The position numbers and the translations under genes were made by a program. Shown in pieces: positions 1 to 9,017 of a stretch of DNA of 64,000 bases (position 1 is the first letter of the stretch; every line of letters starts with the position of its first letter). Source of the stretch: a virus (Duplodnaviria; Caudoviricetes); IMG/VR virus record IMGVR_UViG_3300028048_000065, positions 32,001-96,000 of that record. One strand, 5' to 3'. A model generated the notes under the pieces. That model saw only the letters and a program-made list of their open reading frames with translations, had not been told where the DNA came from and made no database searches.

Positions 1-171
1 ACGAGACTCATGCTAACATCTTTTTGAATTTAAAACTTCTTCTTCACTTTTATAAACCTGTTTTCCGCATTTTATGCATTCTACCCAATATTTTTTAAAT
101 CCGTTTTTAGAACGAACTCTACTCTACCCTAAAATTTTATAAATTCCAAATACTTTATCTTTTTCTAACAT
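1..171 (-). CDS. Partial CDS (runs off left end); probable HNH-type homing endonuclease N-terminus, 2 in-frame TAG
   Basis: ATG at 171; MLEKDKVFGIYKILG(TAG)SRVRSKNGFKKYWVECIKCGK...; CxxCG motif; open to the window edge only if TAG is read through. Confidence 0.5.
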
Positions 172-213
172 TTTATTTTATTTTATTTACCTTTTTTGTT
201 TTTATAATAATAA

Positions 214-364
214 TGGAGCAAGATGCCAGATTTGAACTGGCACTTGAGCTTTGGTGCCAATAATAAGTTTTGCCCTTATATTAAAACAAAAATTTTTTGT
301 CTTAGTTTTTCATTAAACTATATTGACGGAAGAGCCCCGTGCTAACCATTAACACTAATCCTGC
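214..364 (-). tRNA. tRNA-Gly (anticodon TCC by default) with a ~75-nt insertion in the anticodon loop
   Basis: Acceptor GCAGGAT/ATCTTGC + U73 + encoded CCA; D arm GTGT-TAATGGTTA-GCAC; anticodon stem GGGCT/AGCTC; T arm GCCAG-TTCAAAT-CTGGC; G1-C72, C2-G71 and U73 are Gly identity elements. Confidence 0.8.
252..327 (-). other. tRNA-shaped element nested inside the tRNA-Gly anticodon loop
   Basis: GTCAATA/TATTGGC 7-bp acceptor stem + A + CCA; D-like arm GTTT-AATGAA-AAAC; A/T-rich anticodon-like arm; T-like arm ATAAG-GGCAAAA-CTTAT; 76 nt. Confidence 0.7.
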
Positions 365-370
365 ATATTA

Positions 371-470
371 GGGATAGCACCACGCATGATACTATCCCGT
401 GGTGTCTCCGAAGAGAAGTCACGCGCTAACCGAGCAAAGCTCCACCACATCACAACGAAAGGATTGTTGT
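371..470 (-). ncRNA. Candidate structured RNA immediately upstream of the tRNA
   Basis: GC-rich intergenic stretch: hairpin ACAAC/GTTGT; 4-way junction GTGGTG[GAGC-TTT-GCTC][GGTTA-GCGCG-TGACT][TCTC-TTCG-GAGA]CACCAC; 12-bp hairpin GGGATAGTATCA/TGGTGCTATCCC. Confidence 0.5.
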
Positions 471-492
471 AAGCAAAAATAAAAGTATGTTT

Positions 493-930
493 TTATCCTA
501 CCGCTTCAATGCGCGGTCCATCATCTGCCGTTTTCCAAACAACAAGGACTTCATCTGTCTCCTTGTCTACGGTCAAAAGATAAACAGCATCATAAGGAAG
601 CCAATTTGTTGAGATATAACGATAAGTTTCTCCCGTATCATATTCCATCTCTTGAAAGATGTATGCTCCATCTGTACCACGAGCTACAATTTCTGCTCCA
701 ACATATTTTGTAGGAGACTGGATAGTTTTATCCAAGCTATTTGTTAGAGAATAACCAATAGCAACTCCACAAACAATTACTACTGACAAAAGAGCAGTAA
801 AAAATTTCAAAACATTTTTGGTGGAACTGTATTCTTTCGCCAAATTTATAGCAAAAGGGGGGATAAAAAATACCAGTAATCCCAAAACTGAAAAAAGAGT
901 AATTACAAAAACAACTTTATCGAAATTCAT
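493..930 (-). CDS. Hypothetical membrane protein (2 TM segments)
   Basis: Two hydrophobic stretches; AGAGG RBS; own promoter upstream. Confidence 0.7.
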   Translation of the reverse strand: MNFDKVVFVITLFSVLGLLVFFIPPFAINLAKEYSSTKNVLKFFTALLSVVIVCGVAIGYSLTNSLDKTIQSPTKYVGAEIVARGTDGAYIFQEMEYDTGETYRYISTNWLPYDAVYLLTVDKETDEVLVVWKTADDGPRIEAVG

Positions 931-962
931 TTTTTAAGAACCTCTCTTAACTTTATGTGCTT

Positions 963-991
963 ATTATAGCACACTCTTTTTTACTTGTCAA
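963..991 (-). promoter_or_regulatory. sigma-A/sigma70 promoter
   Basis: TTGACA-N17-TATAAT with extended -10 TG. Confidence 0.8.
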
Positions 992-1003
992 GAGTTTTAT
1001 AAA

Positions 1004-1492
1004 TTAAAGTTGAACTTTTTTCAAAGGCTTCATTTCAGCCTCAATAAGAGATAAAGGCACAAGGAATCCTCGGCTTGTAAAAAGCTTATTCTTCACTCTT
1101 TTCTCTTTTAAAATATCCATTCGGTCTATAACAAATTGCCTAAATTTTCTCATATTAAGAATATATAAAGTCTTAGTTTTTAAGAAATAATAGAACAAAA
1201 ATTGCGCATCAGACTTCATAAGACACCGTTCAGTTTGACGCTGTTCATTGCTGATAACTTCGAAAAATAAATTCCCAGTAACATAAGTATCTGTTTTAAT
1301 TTCGACAGTATAAGATGAACCGTCAATTTTATTTACAATGAGGTCAATATCCAAACTTTGATAGAATTTATCCCCAGAAACGTCTATTACTTCTGATACA
1401 TCTTCTCTATTCTCAAGCCATTTAGTTATAGCAATTTCCCGAAGCTAACCTACGGCATTAGAAGAATTAAATTCATAAACTTTATCACTCAT
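1004..1492 (-). CDS. PD-(D/E)XK-family nuclease-like protein (TAG readthrough at codon 16)
   Basis: ATG overlaps the upstream gene end; MSDKVYEFNSSNAVG(TAG)L(CGG)E...DIDL...VEIKTD...FFE; D...ExK motif. Confidence 0.65.
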
Positions 1493-2069
1493 CTGTTTCT
1501 CTCCATTTTGAATCCTTAGAATGTGTGCGAATAGCCGCAAAATTATAGTATTCCTCTGCACGAATAAGCGTATTAATGAAACCAGAATTTAAAAAATCTT
1601 CCATCATCAAATTAACAAATTCAAGTGTCTGAGGGTGCATTTTAATACCATTAGCTTTCTTTTTAAGCCACCACTTATATTCATTTTCAGGAGAAAAATT
1701 CTTCCCATTATAAGCTCTACCTGCTCCAAGAAAATCACAAATCAATTCAAGGGCATACTTATAGGGCATTTGAACAGGCTTACAACCGAAATCAAAATTA
1801 TCCTGCCAAAATTCATAATGATGCTTATTTCTACCTTTGTGGTGCATCCATGCCTTAGACCATCCATTAACTTCTTTGCAATAGTCAATGGGACTGCGAA
1901 AACCCTGATAATATTTTACTGACTCCCAAAACTCTACAGGAGAAAATTTGCTAAGGTCGTGAACAAGTCCTTGCCATGGAATACCAGCTTTAAAACAATA
2001 ATAGCAAACCCACCAACGATGCTTCGTTACTGTCTTTAAATGCCCAAAAAATCTTTGAAAGAAATTCAT
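1485..2069 (-). CDS. HD-like metal-binding protein (DUF5662-like)
   Basis: H..HR...HDLSK...HH..RN.HH.E.W...E.ICD motif pattern. Confidence 0.65.
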   Translation of the reverse strand: MNFFQRFFGHLKTVTKHRWWVCYYCFKAGIPWQGLVHDLSKFSPVEFWESVKYYQGFRSPIDYCKEVNGWSKAWMHHKGRNKHHYEFWQDNFDFGCKPVQMPYKYALELICDFLGAGRAYNGKNFSPENEYKWWLKKKANGIKMHPQTLEFVNLMMEDFLNSGFINTLIRAEEYYNFAAIRTHSKDSKWRETDE

Positions 2070-2224
2070 TCTTCTGTCTCCCCTATAATATCAGGTGTAT
2101 TCATAAGTAATCCAACAGCTTTTGCACAAGCAATTTCATAATTGTCTATGAATTGATTATCACATTGATTAACGATAAAAGAATATGCGGCGATAAGCAC
2201 TTGAGCAGCACGTTCATTAGTCAT
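2066..2224 (-). CDS. Small hypothetical protein (52 aa)
   Basis: GAGG RBS; ATGA overlap with the downstream gene. Confidence 0.5.
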   Translation of the reverse strand: MTNERAAQVLIAAYSFIVNQCDNQFIDNYEIACAKAVGLLMNTPDIIGETEE

Positions 2225-2225
2225 G

Positions 2226-2882
2226 TTAATTACCTCTCATAATAAGTTTTCTTTGAGCAAACTCCAATTTCATTTTAGAATGCCAATAATTATTAAGGTC
2301 ATGGTAAGATTCTTTTAAATATTCCCATTCTTCCTTGCCTGTATTTCCATGCTTTGCTACTACAATATCGTTATAATAACTATTTGCTTCCGTAAAATCC
2401 ACAATAGAACCATATTGAGCACATTGAGTTCCAAACATATAAAGTCTTAAAGAATGCCAAACAGATTTCTTTCCGCCACGCCAATCAAAATCTTTTTCAA
2501 TAGTAAGCTTTTTCTTTCCTTTAACCCAAGCAATAGAAGCTCGCTCAGAAATAGCTGCATGAGCTCCATCTGGATTAAAAGTAAAAGGATAAGATTTTGT
2601 TTTTTTAACAATGAACTTAGGGGAAAGGGAAAGACATTCTAAAGCTTCAACAGAATTTCTTTTAAGCTTTGCAAGCCAGTCTGATTCATGTTCAATATTA
2701 TATGTATGGTTTCCAAATTCATATTGGTCTGGTTCTTTAGGAAAATTGTCTGGAACAATTGCAATATAATCCCAATCGGAAAATTCTGTCGCGGTTTGAT
2801 AAACCCTTGAACCCCACTCGTAAATATTGATTGAAGAGACAATTAGCTCGTTTTCAGTCACAAAATAAAACCTACATTTCAT
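2226..2882 (-). CDS. Pol-beta-superfamily nucleotidyltransferase
   Basis: WGSRVYQTATEFSDWD (GS...SDxD) motif. Confidence 0.7.
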   Translation of the reverse strand: MKCRFYFVTENELIVSSINIYEWGSRVYQTATEFSDWDYIAIVPDNFPKEPDQYEFGNHTYNIEHESDWLAKLKRNSVEALECLSLSPKFIVKKTKSYPFTFNPDGAHAAISERASIAWVKGKKKLTIEKDFDWRGGKKSVWHSLRLYMFGTQCAQYGSIVDFTEANSYYNDIVVAKHGNTGKEEWEYLKESYHDLNNYWHSKMKLEFAQRKLIMRGN

Positions 2883-2899
2883 TTGGATTTTGTATCCTC

Positions 2900-2928
2900 A
2901 TTATAGCAAAAGAGCTTGAGTTTGTCAA
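2900..2928 (-). promoter_or_regulatory. sigma-A promoter
   Basis: TTGACA-N17-TATAAT, extended -10. Confidence 0.8.
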
Positions 2929-2956
2929 GCCCTTTTTACTATTATTTTCTTGGTTT

Positions 2957-3346
2957 TTAGGAAATCTTGCACTGAGAACTTGTATCAATAGTATAAGGAA
3001 TCCCCGTTGTAGTAGGAGTTGTAATAGGAGCTGATACCACATCTCTACGATTAAGTACAGTTCCCTCATTTCCCTCTGTCTTACAAGGCACAACATCAGC
3101 AATACCAACGCCCCGAATCGTATTAGCACCACGAGAAACATAAGGAGAAACATAAGACGCAGAAATGGTACTATAACGAGCATATCTGCAAGAAACTGAG
3201 AGTGTTGCACATTCGGGAATGTTGCTATCTCTATTTTCGCTATTTACCTTGTCATAATATAGTGTAAACTTTTCTCTATACATACAAACATTATTATGTT
3301 CACAAGTTGTACAAGGACATACATCTTTATTGTTAAAATTAAGCAT
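2957..3346 (-). CDS. Hypothetical protein, Cys-rich N-terminus
   Basis: CxCxxC..C; tightly packed in operon. Confidence 0.55.
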   Translation of the reverse strand: MLNFNNKDVCPCTTCEHNNVCMYREKFTLYYDKVNSENRDSNIPECATLSVSCRYARYSTISASYVSPYVSRGANTIRGVGIADVVPCKTEGNEGTVLNRRDVVSAPITTPTTTGIPYTIDTSSQCKIS

Positions 3347-3348
3347 AT

Positions 3349-3645
3349 TTAAATCTCCAATCTTGTAAAATGATAAATCGTATTTTTAGTTTCTACGGTT
3401 ACAGAATTTACTTTTTCCCCATCTCCGTCAACGTTAAAAGATTGTACACGAGTTGTAGTAATAGTGTGCCAATCAGGATAGTCTTCTGTGCCATAATTCG
3501 CACAGAAAAAGAAATGTTCTCCTGTCATAATCTCATGCAAAAATACACAAAGCTTGCCATCAAGAATAGTCCTATCCCAATGAGTAGGACGCTTAGGGTC
3601 TTTTACCTCAGCTACTACAATATAATAATCTTTTACCAAATTCAT
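3349..3645 (-). CDS. Hypothetical protein
   Basis: GAGG RBS, operon packing. Confidence 0.6.
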   Translation of the reverse strand: MNLVKDYYIVVAEVKDPKRPTHWDRTILDGKLCVFLHEIMTGEHFFFCANYGTEDYPDWHTITTTRVQSFNVDGDGEKVNSVTVETKNTIYHFTRLEI

Positions 3646-3655
3646 TTAATTTACC

Positions 3656-4519
3656 TCATTCATAGCAAATATAGGTTGTATTACCAAGTTCAGGATGATA
3701 ATAGGAATGATAAACTTTACCCTGTGGAAAGGTTGCCTGATACAGAACATTACGAGGAGCAACAACTTCTCGCTCAAGAACTCGTCTCGCGGCTTCGTAA
3801 CATTCGTCTGGAATAGTTACAGAATAATATTCATTGGTTGAATAAGGATATTGAACAATACCGCCATTCTTTCCCTCATTAATAACATCCTCAATAGAGG
3901 GGTCAATCATCTGCTTACCAATTCCACCCTGAAGTTGACGATTTAGAACAACACAACCGACATCCATCTTTTCTTCCATCGAAATAAAGGAAGAACCAGC
4001 TTCATGCCAGATACAAAAAGCAAGCATCTCATAATCCCAATCAGTGTAAGGATAAAGATAACGTCCAGAAGCAATGGTATTCTGAATTTCTTCTTTATAA
4101 TTATCAAGTTCTCCATAAAGAGGATTTTCAGCAGCGCCAAATTCCTCAAAACTCTGCATAAAATTATCTACTCGGTCAATTTCAGCATAAAGAGCACTTT
4201 TGGTCATATAACGTAGATATTTCTTTTCTACGGAGTTTGCAGAAGAAATATATCCTGAATAGTGATGAAGAATTTCAGTATACTCTTCAATGGCATCAGA
4301 ATAATAAAGAGCGGTTTCACTTACTGTCTTATCATGCTCTGCCTGTAGAAGCTCTGGAATGGTCTGTCGTTCAGTATCCATACCAAAAACAAAACCAAAA
4401 GCCAAAGCTGTGATAATTGCGAAAATGATATGGACCTTTCCAAACTGATATTTTACCCAGTCACTTTTCGTTGCGTACATATTGTACTTGGCAATCAGCT
4501 TCTTTGTAACGTTTCTCAT
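3656..4519 (-). CDS. Membrane-anchored cell wall hydrolase (SleB/Hydrolase_2-like)
   Basis: N-terminal TM; C-terminal MLAFCIWHEAG...VGCVVLNR...I.DVI...QY. Confidence 0.7.
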   Translation of the reverse strand: MRNVTKKLIAKYNMYATKSDWVKYQFGKVHIIFAIITALAFGFVFGMDTERQTIPELLQAEHDKTVSETALYYSDAIEEYTEILHHYSGYISSANSVEKKYLRYMTKSALYAEIDRVDNFMQSFEEFGAAENPLYGELDNYKEEIQNTIASGRYLYPYTDWDYEMLAFCIWHEAGSSFISMEEKMDVGCVVLNRQLQGGIGKQMIDPSIEDVINEGKNGGIVQYPYSTNEYYSVTIPDECYEAARRVLEREVVAPRNVLYQATFPQGKVYHSYYHPELGNTTYICYE

Positions 4520-4566
4520 TTGTTGGAGTCCTTTCTAAAATTGTTTATAGAATTGTTTTTTTGTTT

Positions 4567-5001
4567 TTAAATCTGAATAATACCCGTCTTTCCTGCGAAA
4601 AAGTTCTTAGTCACTTCTCTTTTAATCTTCCTTTTAGGTTCTTTCTTTACTCCGTCATTGTAAGATTTAGGAGCGTTCTGACGAATAGTAATACCAAAAG
4701 GAAGATTGTTTTTATCCAACTGCATAGGCTCTTTTACCTTTTCATTGGTCAGAGTATTAAAGAAATGTCCTCGACTAATAATAATATAATCCAAATCTCC
4801 GTATTTGTCAAGGACTTTTTCATAAACAAGACTAACTTTTTGTTCTTTTGCTTTCTTAATCACTTCTCGAAGCATTGTCTCAGAATAGCAATAGTCTACA
4901 TAATTACCTTTAATTGAATTAACAATCTGTGTAGGAATTGGAAGAAAATCAGAAGGAAGGGAGAAAAATTCTGCATTGTGAGTAATCAAATTAACAGGCA
5001 T
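4567..5001 (-). CDS. Hypothetical protein
   Basis: GAGG RBS, operon packing. Confidence 0.55.
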   Translation of the reverse strand: MPVNLITHNAEFFSLPSDFLPIPTQIVNSIKGNYVDYCYSETMLREVIKKAKEQKVSLVYEKVLDKYGDLDYIIISRGHFFNTLTNEKVKEPMQLDKNNLPFGITIRQNAPKSYNDGVKKEPKRKIKREVTKNFFAGKTGIIQI

Positions 5002-5034
5002 ATATTTTACCTCAAATTAAAAGATTGTTTTTAT

Positions 5035-6282
5035 TTACTTAATTTCAACAAGATAGCGAACTGTAACTTGGTCGGGACGATAGAAAATAATCTCAGGATT
5101 TCGGAGCATTCCTTTTTCGGGAGAAGCATAAACACAATGACAAGGAGGATTTTTCTTCTGTAATACATCAAAATTAAAATGATAGCATTCAGAAGTATGC
5201 TCATAAACTATATAAGGATTACCATAAGCAACTTCAAAAATTGCCATAAATCCAGTTTTAGCACTTCCTCTTGCCCAATAAGACCCAGCGGTAGAAGTAT
5301 AACCAATACTCTTTCGAGCAAGAGTGGAAAAATAGAGCCCGTCGGAAAACATCGACCCTGTATATACTGCATTGGCAGGACGAATTTTCAAACCAGTTTT
5401 AAGAATATTGAAAAAGTTTTCACTTCGAGAACCATGCCACATAAGTTTGGTATTATCAATTTTATATTCAGAGCAAAACTTTTTAAAATGTTTGTCTGTT
5501 TCATGATTGTTAACTCGCCAAACTTTAACAAAACGGTCACTGTCTCGACCAAGCATCTTTTTTACAAGAGCCACATCTTCCGCAGTAGCATCTTCCATAG
5601 TAATACCCATTTCATCAAGAACAGAAACTTCATTATTATTGGTGTTACTATCAGCATTTTTCTTTTCAATCTTTACAGGCTTATAAACCTGACCTGCCAT
5701 AGCATCAAGAGTGCTCTGCTCTCGGTCAATAATAGATTTAAAAGAATCAAGGTCATTTTTATAAATAAGGTAATCACTTACATTACTCATTTTACGAGGA
5801 ATAACCATGAAGATTTCCAAAAGCTTTTTGTTGAACTGGTTATAATCCATATTCTCGTAATTAAGAGCAAGATTATCAATTAGGCTCTGAGCTTCATCAA
5901 TCATAGCCTGAGTAACAACGGAAGATTTAACCTTGTAAGCAGACTGAACAACCTTGTTCGCAAAATCATATAGACGCTTAATAATATCTCGAACAGACTT
6001 ATTTTCAATTACTGAAAATTTATCTTTTCCCTCTGTAGGCTCTTCCTCTTTAGAATTTTCAATTACATCTGTCATAAGATGTGTCTGAGAAACATAGCCC
6101 TTCTTAAGCTTAGAATTAATCTGCGAATCCCACTTGGACATGGGATAAATTTTGGTGCTTTCATGTCCACCTACTCGACCGTACTTTACAGTAAAAGTCC
6201 CATCAGAATTTGGTTCGCAATTATAGAATTTATTATGATTGTCAGATGTAACCATAATCAAATAAACAGGCGTCTTTTCCAT
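5035..6282 (-). CDS. WGR-domain PARP-like ADP-ribosyltransferase
   Basis: N-terminal YGRVG (WGR); catalytic WHGS...GSMFSDGLYFS...KSIGY...NPEIIFY (H-Y-E triad); start at MEKTP after GGAG RBS. Confidence 0.85.
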   Translation of the reverse strand: MEKTPVYLIMVTSDNHNKFYNCEPNSDGTFTVKYGRVGGHESTKIYPMSKWDSQINSKLKKGYVSQTHLMTDVIENSKEEEPTEGKDKFSVIENKSVRDIIKRLYDFANKVVQSAYKVKSSVVTQAMIDEAQSLIDNLALNYENMDYNQFNKKLLEIFMVIPRKMSNVSDYLIYKNDLDSFKSIIDREQSTLDAMAGQVYKPVKIEKKNADSNTNNNEVSVLDEMGITMEDATAEDVALVKKMLGRDSDRFVKVWRVNNHETDKHFKKFCSEYKIDNTKLMWHGSRSENFFNILKTGLKIRPANAVYTGSMFSDGLYFSTLARKSIGYTSTAGSYWARGSAKTGFMAIFEVAYGNPYIVYEHTSECYHFNFDVLQKKNPPCHCVYASPEKGMLRNPEIIFYRPDQVTVRYLVEIK

Positions 6283-6323
6283 AAGGAAATCTCCTTTGAT
6301 AAACTTAAATGAGGTATGATAGA

Positions 6324-6352
6324 ATAATACCATACCTCATTCGTTTTGTCAA
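6324..6352 (-). promoter_or_regulatory. sigma-A promoter for the PARP gene
   Basis: TTGACA-N17-TATTAT with extended TG. Confidence 0.7.
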
Positions 6353-6374
6353 TAGGTTTTTATGATTTTTTTGC

Positions 6375-7055
6375 TTACTGATAGCAGAAAGTGATAAAGG
6401 GACGATACTCTTCTTCATCCATCTCATCAAAATAATTGTCAAATTCGTCAAGGATAGCTTCCTTAACAACATCCCAATCAAGATGCCCATGACCACAGCC
6501 AACACGAGGCATTGCCAAATAACGAATCTTATTCTCATAACACTCTTCTGCAATAGCGCGTACACAACTACGAATCGTTTCAAGTGTAGGACGCTGATAC
6601 TTCTTATTTGTAGTAAGCATTACAAAAATATTCTCAATGCAAATAGTATCTCCTGCCTTAAGCCATCCAGTTTCAAGGTCTTCACATTCATCCTCATACT
6701 TTTCAACTGCCTTTTCAAGCTTGTCGCGAAGTCCATAAAAAGCATCAATTTGTCGTGCAGTAGTGCTACCAAAGCTTAAATCCGCAGGAATGGCAAATGC
6801 AATATGATAATAAACAGGAAGACTTAGCATATCGACCTGACGCTCTTCGTAATTATCGTACATAGGAGAATATTCTTCTTCCTCATCTTCAATATCCCAT
6901 CCGCCACCTGAAGCCTCGCCATAATAAATTTTATCGGCTTTTTCACTATCAATATATTTGTCTGTAGATGTACCAGCAGAATAAAAACCATCGCCATCAT
7001 TAGAGTTGGTTTTAATATTAGGATTATAAAAATAATTGCCACTTGCTTCTCTCAT
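6375..7055 (-). CDS. Macrodomain ADP-ribose hydrolase-like protein (TARG1/DarG class) with acidic N-terminal extension
   Basis: LAMPRVGCGHGHLDWDVV motif; IFVMLT.KKY. Confidence 0.75.
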   Translation of the reverse strand: MREASGNYFYNPNIKTNSNDGDGFYSAGTSTDKYIDSEKADKIYYGEASGGGWDIEDEEEEYSPMYDNYEERQVDMLSLPVYYHIAFAIPADLSFGSTTARQIDAFYGLRDKLEKAVEKYEDECEDLETGWLKAGDTICIENIFVMLTTNKKYQRPTLETIRSCVRAIAEECYENKIRYLAMPRVGCGHGHLDWDVVKEAILDEFDNYFDEMDEEEYRPFITFCYQ

Positions 7056-7061
7056 TTTATT

Positions 7062-7349
7062 TTACCTCTTCTTTTTAGATTTGTTCTTTTTATTTTCTTT
7101 AGCTTCTTCTTTTAATTCTTCTTTAGATATAGCTAATTCATCTAACTTCTTAGCACAAGGATGTTTATCCCAACTACGAATTACTGAGCCATCATATTGG
7201 CAGATAAATTTCTTCTGCTTTGCTCTACGTTTTAGCCAAGGAATTTTTTCATCATATACCCAATCTACTACCTGTCCAACACTTTTTGGGAAGAATGGAC
7301 ACTGGGGAGAACATCCTAAAATAGAAAACTGACTATTTTTATCTGCCAT
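7062..7349 (-). CDS. Hypothetical protein
   Basis: GAGG RBS; Cys motifs, basic tail. Confidence 0.55.
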   Translation of the reverse strand: MADKNSQFSILGCSPQCPFFPKSVGQVVDWVYDEKIPWLKRRAKQKKFICQYDGSVIRSWDKHPCAKKLDELAISKEELKEEAKENKKNKSKKKR

Positions 7350-7352
7350 ATT

Positions 7353-9017
7353 TTAACCTCTTTTAATATTTTGAGCTGATGGTTCTTTTACAAGGTACAT
7401 TTTATTCTTAGCACGAGTTAAAGAGATGTAGCTAAGATTTTTTTCTTGTTGTTGAAGTTCAGGACTGTTTCGAGGGTCAAAACAAACTTTTCCCTCATTT
7501 AAGACAAAAACATTATCTGCTTCAAGCCCTTTTGCTTTATGAACAGAACTTAAAGTAACACAATCAGAAGATGGAGAAGTATTTAAAAGTTTATCTAAAT
7601 ATTTTTGAAATTCTAAGGTAGAAGTATTTCCTGACCTGTTTTGATAATATTTGAGAATTTCAAGAACGAAATTAATATTATCAATTTTAGAATTACTGTC
7701 TGCTACAGTTTCAATTTGTTCTTTTAAAGAGAGATTTTCTTTGCATTCTTCATTAAGAACTTTAGAATTAACAATCTTAGAAACTCTTTCTTGATATTTA
7801 CGAATATCTTTTTCAAATCCCTCCCTTAACGCACGAGTGGAAGGGCATTTCTTTGCTCGTTTAGTTACGACCTTTTTTAAGTTTTCTACGAGCTCTTTAT
7901 CGGGAATACAAACAGGAATACCATGAGTAGCAAGGTCAAGGATTACAGGTGCTAACCAACGATTGTAACGAGAAACAATTTTATCTCCACCTTTTGCAAA
8001 CCTTGAAATATCTTCCTTATTAATTTTTAGAATTTCTCCTTTTGGAGCATCTGGACGAGGAAGAATGGGAATGCCAAATGTTCTATTCACATTAGTAAGA
8101 TGAGACGTAGGACAACGATAACAAATAGGTAAATCAAACGTTTCAATCGGAGCAAATGCTACATAATAATTAGCATAAGCTCTGGAATTTCCTCCCTGAT
8201 AAGCACAAATGGCCTGTTTTTCATCGCCAATTAAAACAAATCTTCCACCTTTTCTTTTTAGGAAAGGTAAAAAAGACTGTTGCAAAAGCGACAAATCCTG
8301 AGCTTCATCTACCACAATATTGAAAAACAAATCATAAAAAGGGACTTTCCATTCTTTATGCTTAAGTTTCCAATAAGTAATATAAAGCATACCACCAAAA
8401 TCAATTATAGAATTATTTTCAAAGGTTTCCCAATCTCGTTTGTTAATATATTGAATGGCTTTAGTTGCGCTTTCTTTAGAGGGAGCGTTATATCCATGTT
8501 CAAAATCTATAAACAATCCATGTCCTTTGATTAATCGAGCAATATCATCTGGATTATTCATGTCAGCCATTGTCATACGAGCAAGATTGTAAAGCGAAAC
8601 ATAGTTTTCTTTAAGGAAAAGCATTTCCATAAATTCGGCATGGTCATGCTTTTCCAAATATTCTTCAACAATCTTATAAATCTTAAGATTGTCAAGAGTT
8701 ACAGAAGAACTTGAACGCTTTCCAAATCCGCCAGAAGTTCCTTTTTCTTCCATATTGGAAAGCATGATACCATATCCAATAGAATGAGTAGTATAAATCT
8801 TCACTTTTGAATTTTTAATTCGCTTCTTAAATTCTTCTACGACAGAATTATTAAAAGCCAAATAAACACTTGGCTGAGTTACCTGTTCAAGTAAAAGACA
8901 AGCTGTGCTTGATTTTCCACTCCCCGCCAAAGCGTTTACCAACATATTATCATGCGGATGGTTCAGAAAAAAGTCTTGAATTTTTTCCTGATATTCACTT
9001 AATTTAAAATCAGCCAT
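7353..9017 (-). CDS. UvrD/Rep-like SF1 helicase
   Basis: ALAGSGKS, VDEAQD, GDEKQAI, SVHKAKGLE, YISLTRAK. Confidence 0.9.
   Translation of the reverse strand: MADFKLSEYQEKIQDFFLNHPHDNMLVNALAGSGKSSTACLLLEQVTQPSVYLAFNNSVVEEFKKRIKNSKVKIYTTHSIGYGIMLSNMEEKGTSGGFGKRSSSSVTLDNLKIYKIVEEYLEKHDHAEFMEMLFLKENYVSLYNLARMTMADMNNPDDIARLIKGHGLFIDFEHGYNAPSKESATKAIQYINKRDWETFENNSIIDFGGMLYITYWKLKHKEWKVPFYDLFFNIVVDEAQDLSLLQQSFLPFLKRKGGRFVLIGDEKQAICAYQGGNSRAYANYYVAFAPIETFDLPICYRCPTSHLTNVNRTFGIPILPRPDAPKGEILKINKEDISRFAKGGDKIVSRYNRWLAPVILDLATHGIPVCIPDKELVENLKKVVTKRAKKCPSTRALREGFEKDIRKYQERVSKIVNSKVLNEECKENLSLKEQIETVADSNSKIDNINFVLEILKYYQNRSGNTSTLEFQKYLDKLLNTSPSSDCVTLSSVHKAKGLEADNVFVLNEGKVCFDPRNSPELQQQEKNLSYISLTRAKNKMYLVKEPSAQNIKRG

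Noticed and set aside
252-327. Inner element as an independent functional tRNA or a group I intron
   Set aside because: It lacks U33 and the TTC T-loop, and it is too short and has no catalytic core for a group I intron.
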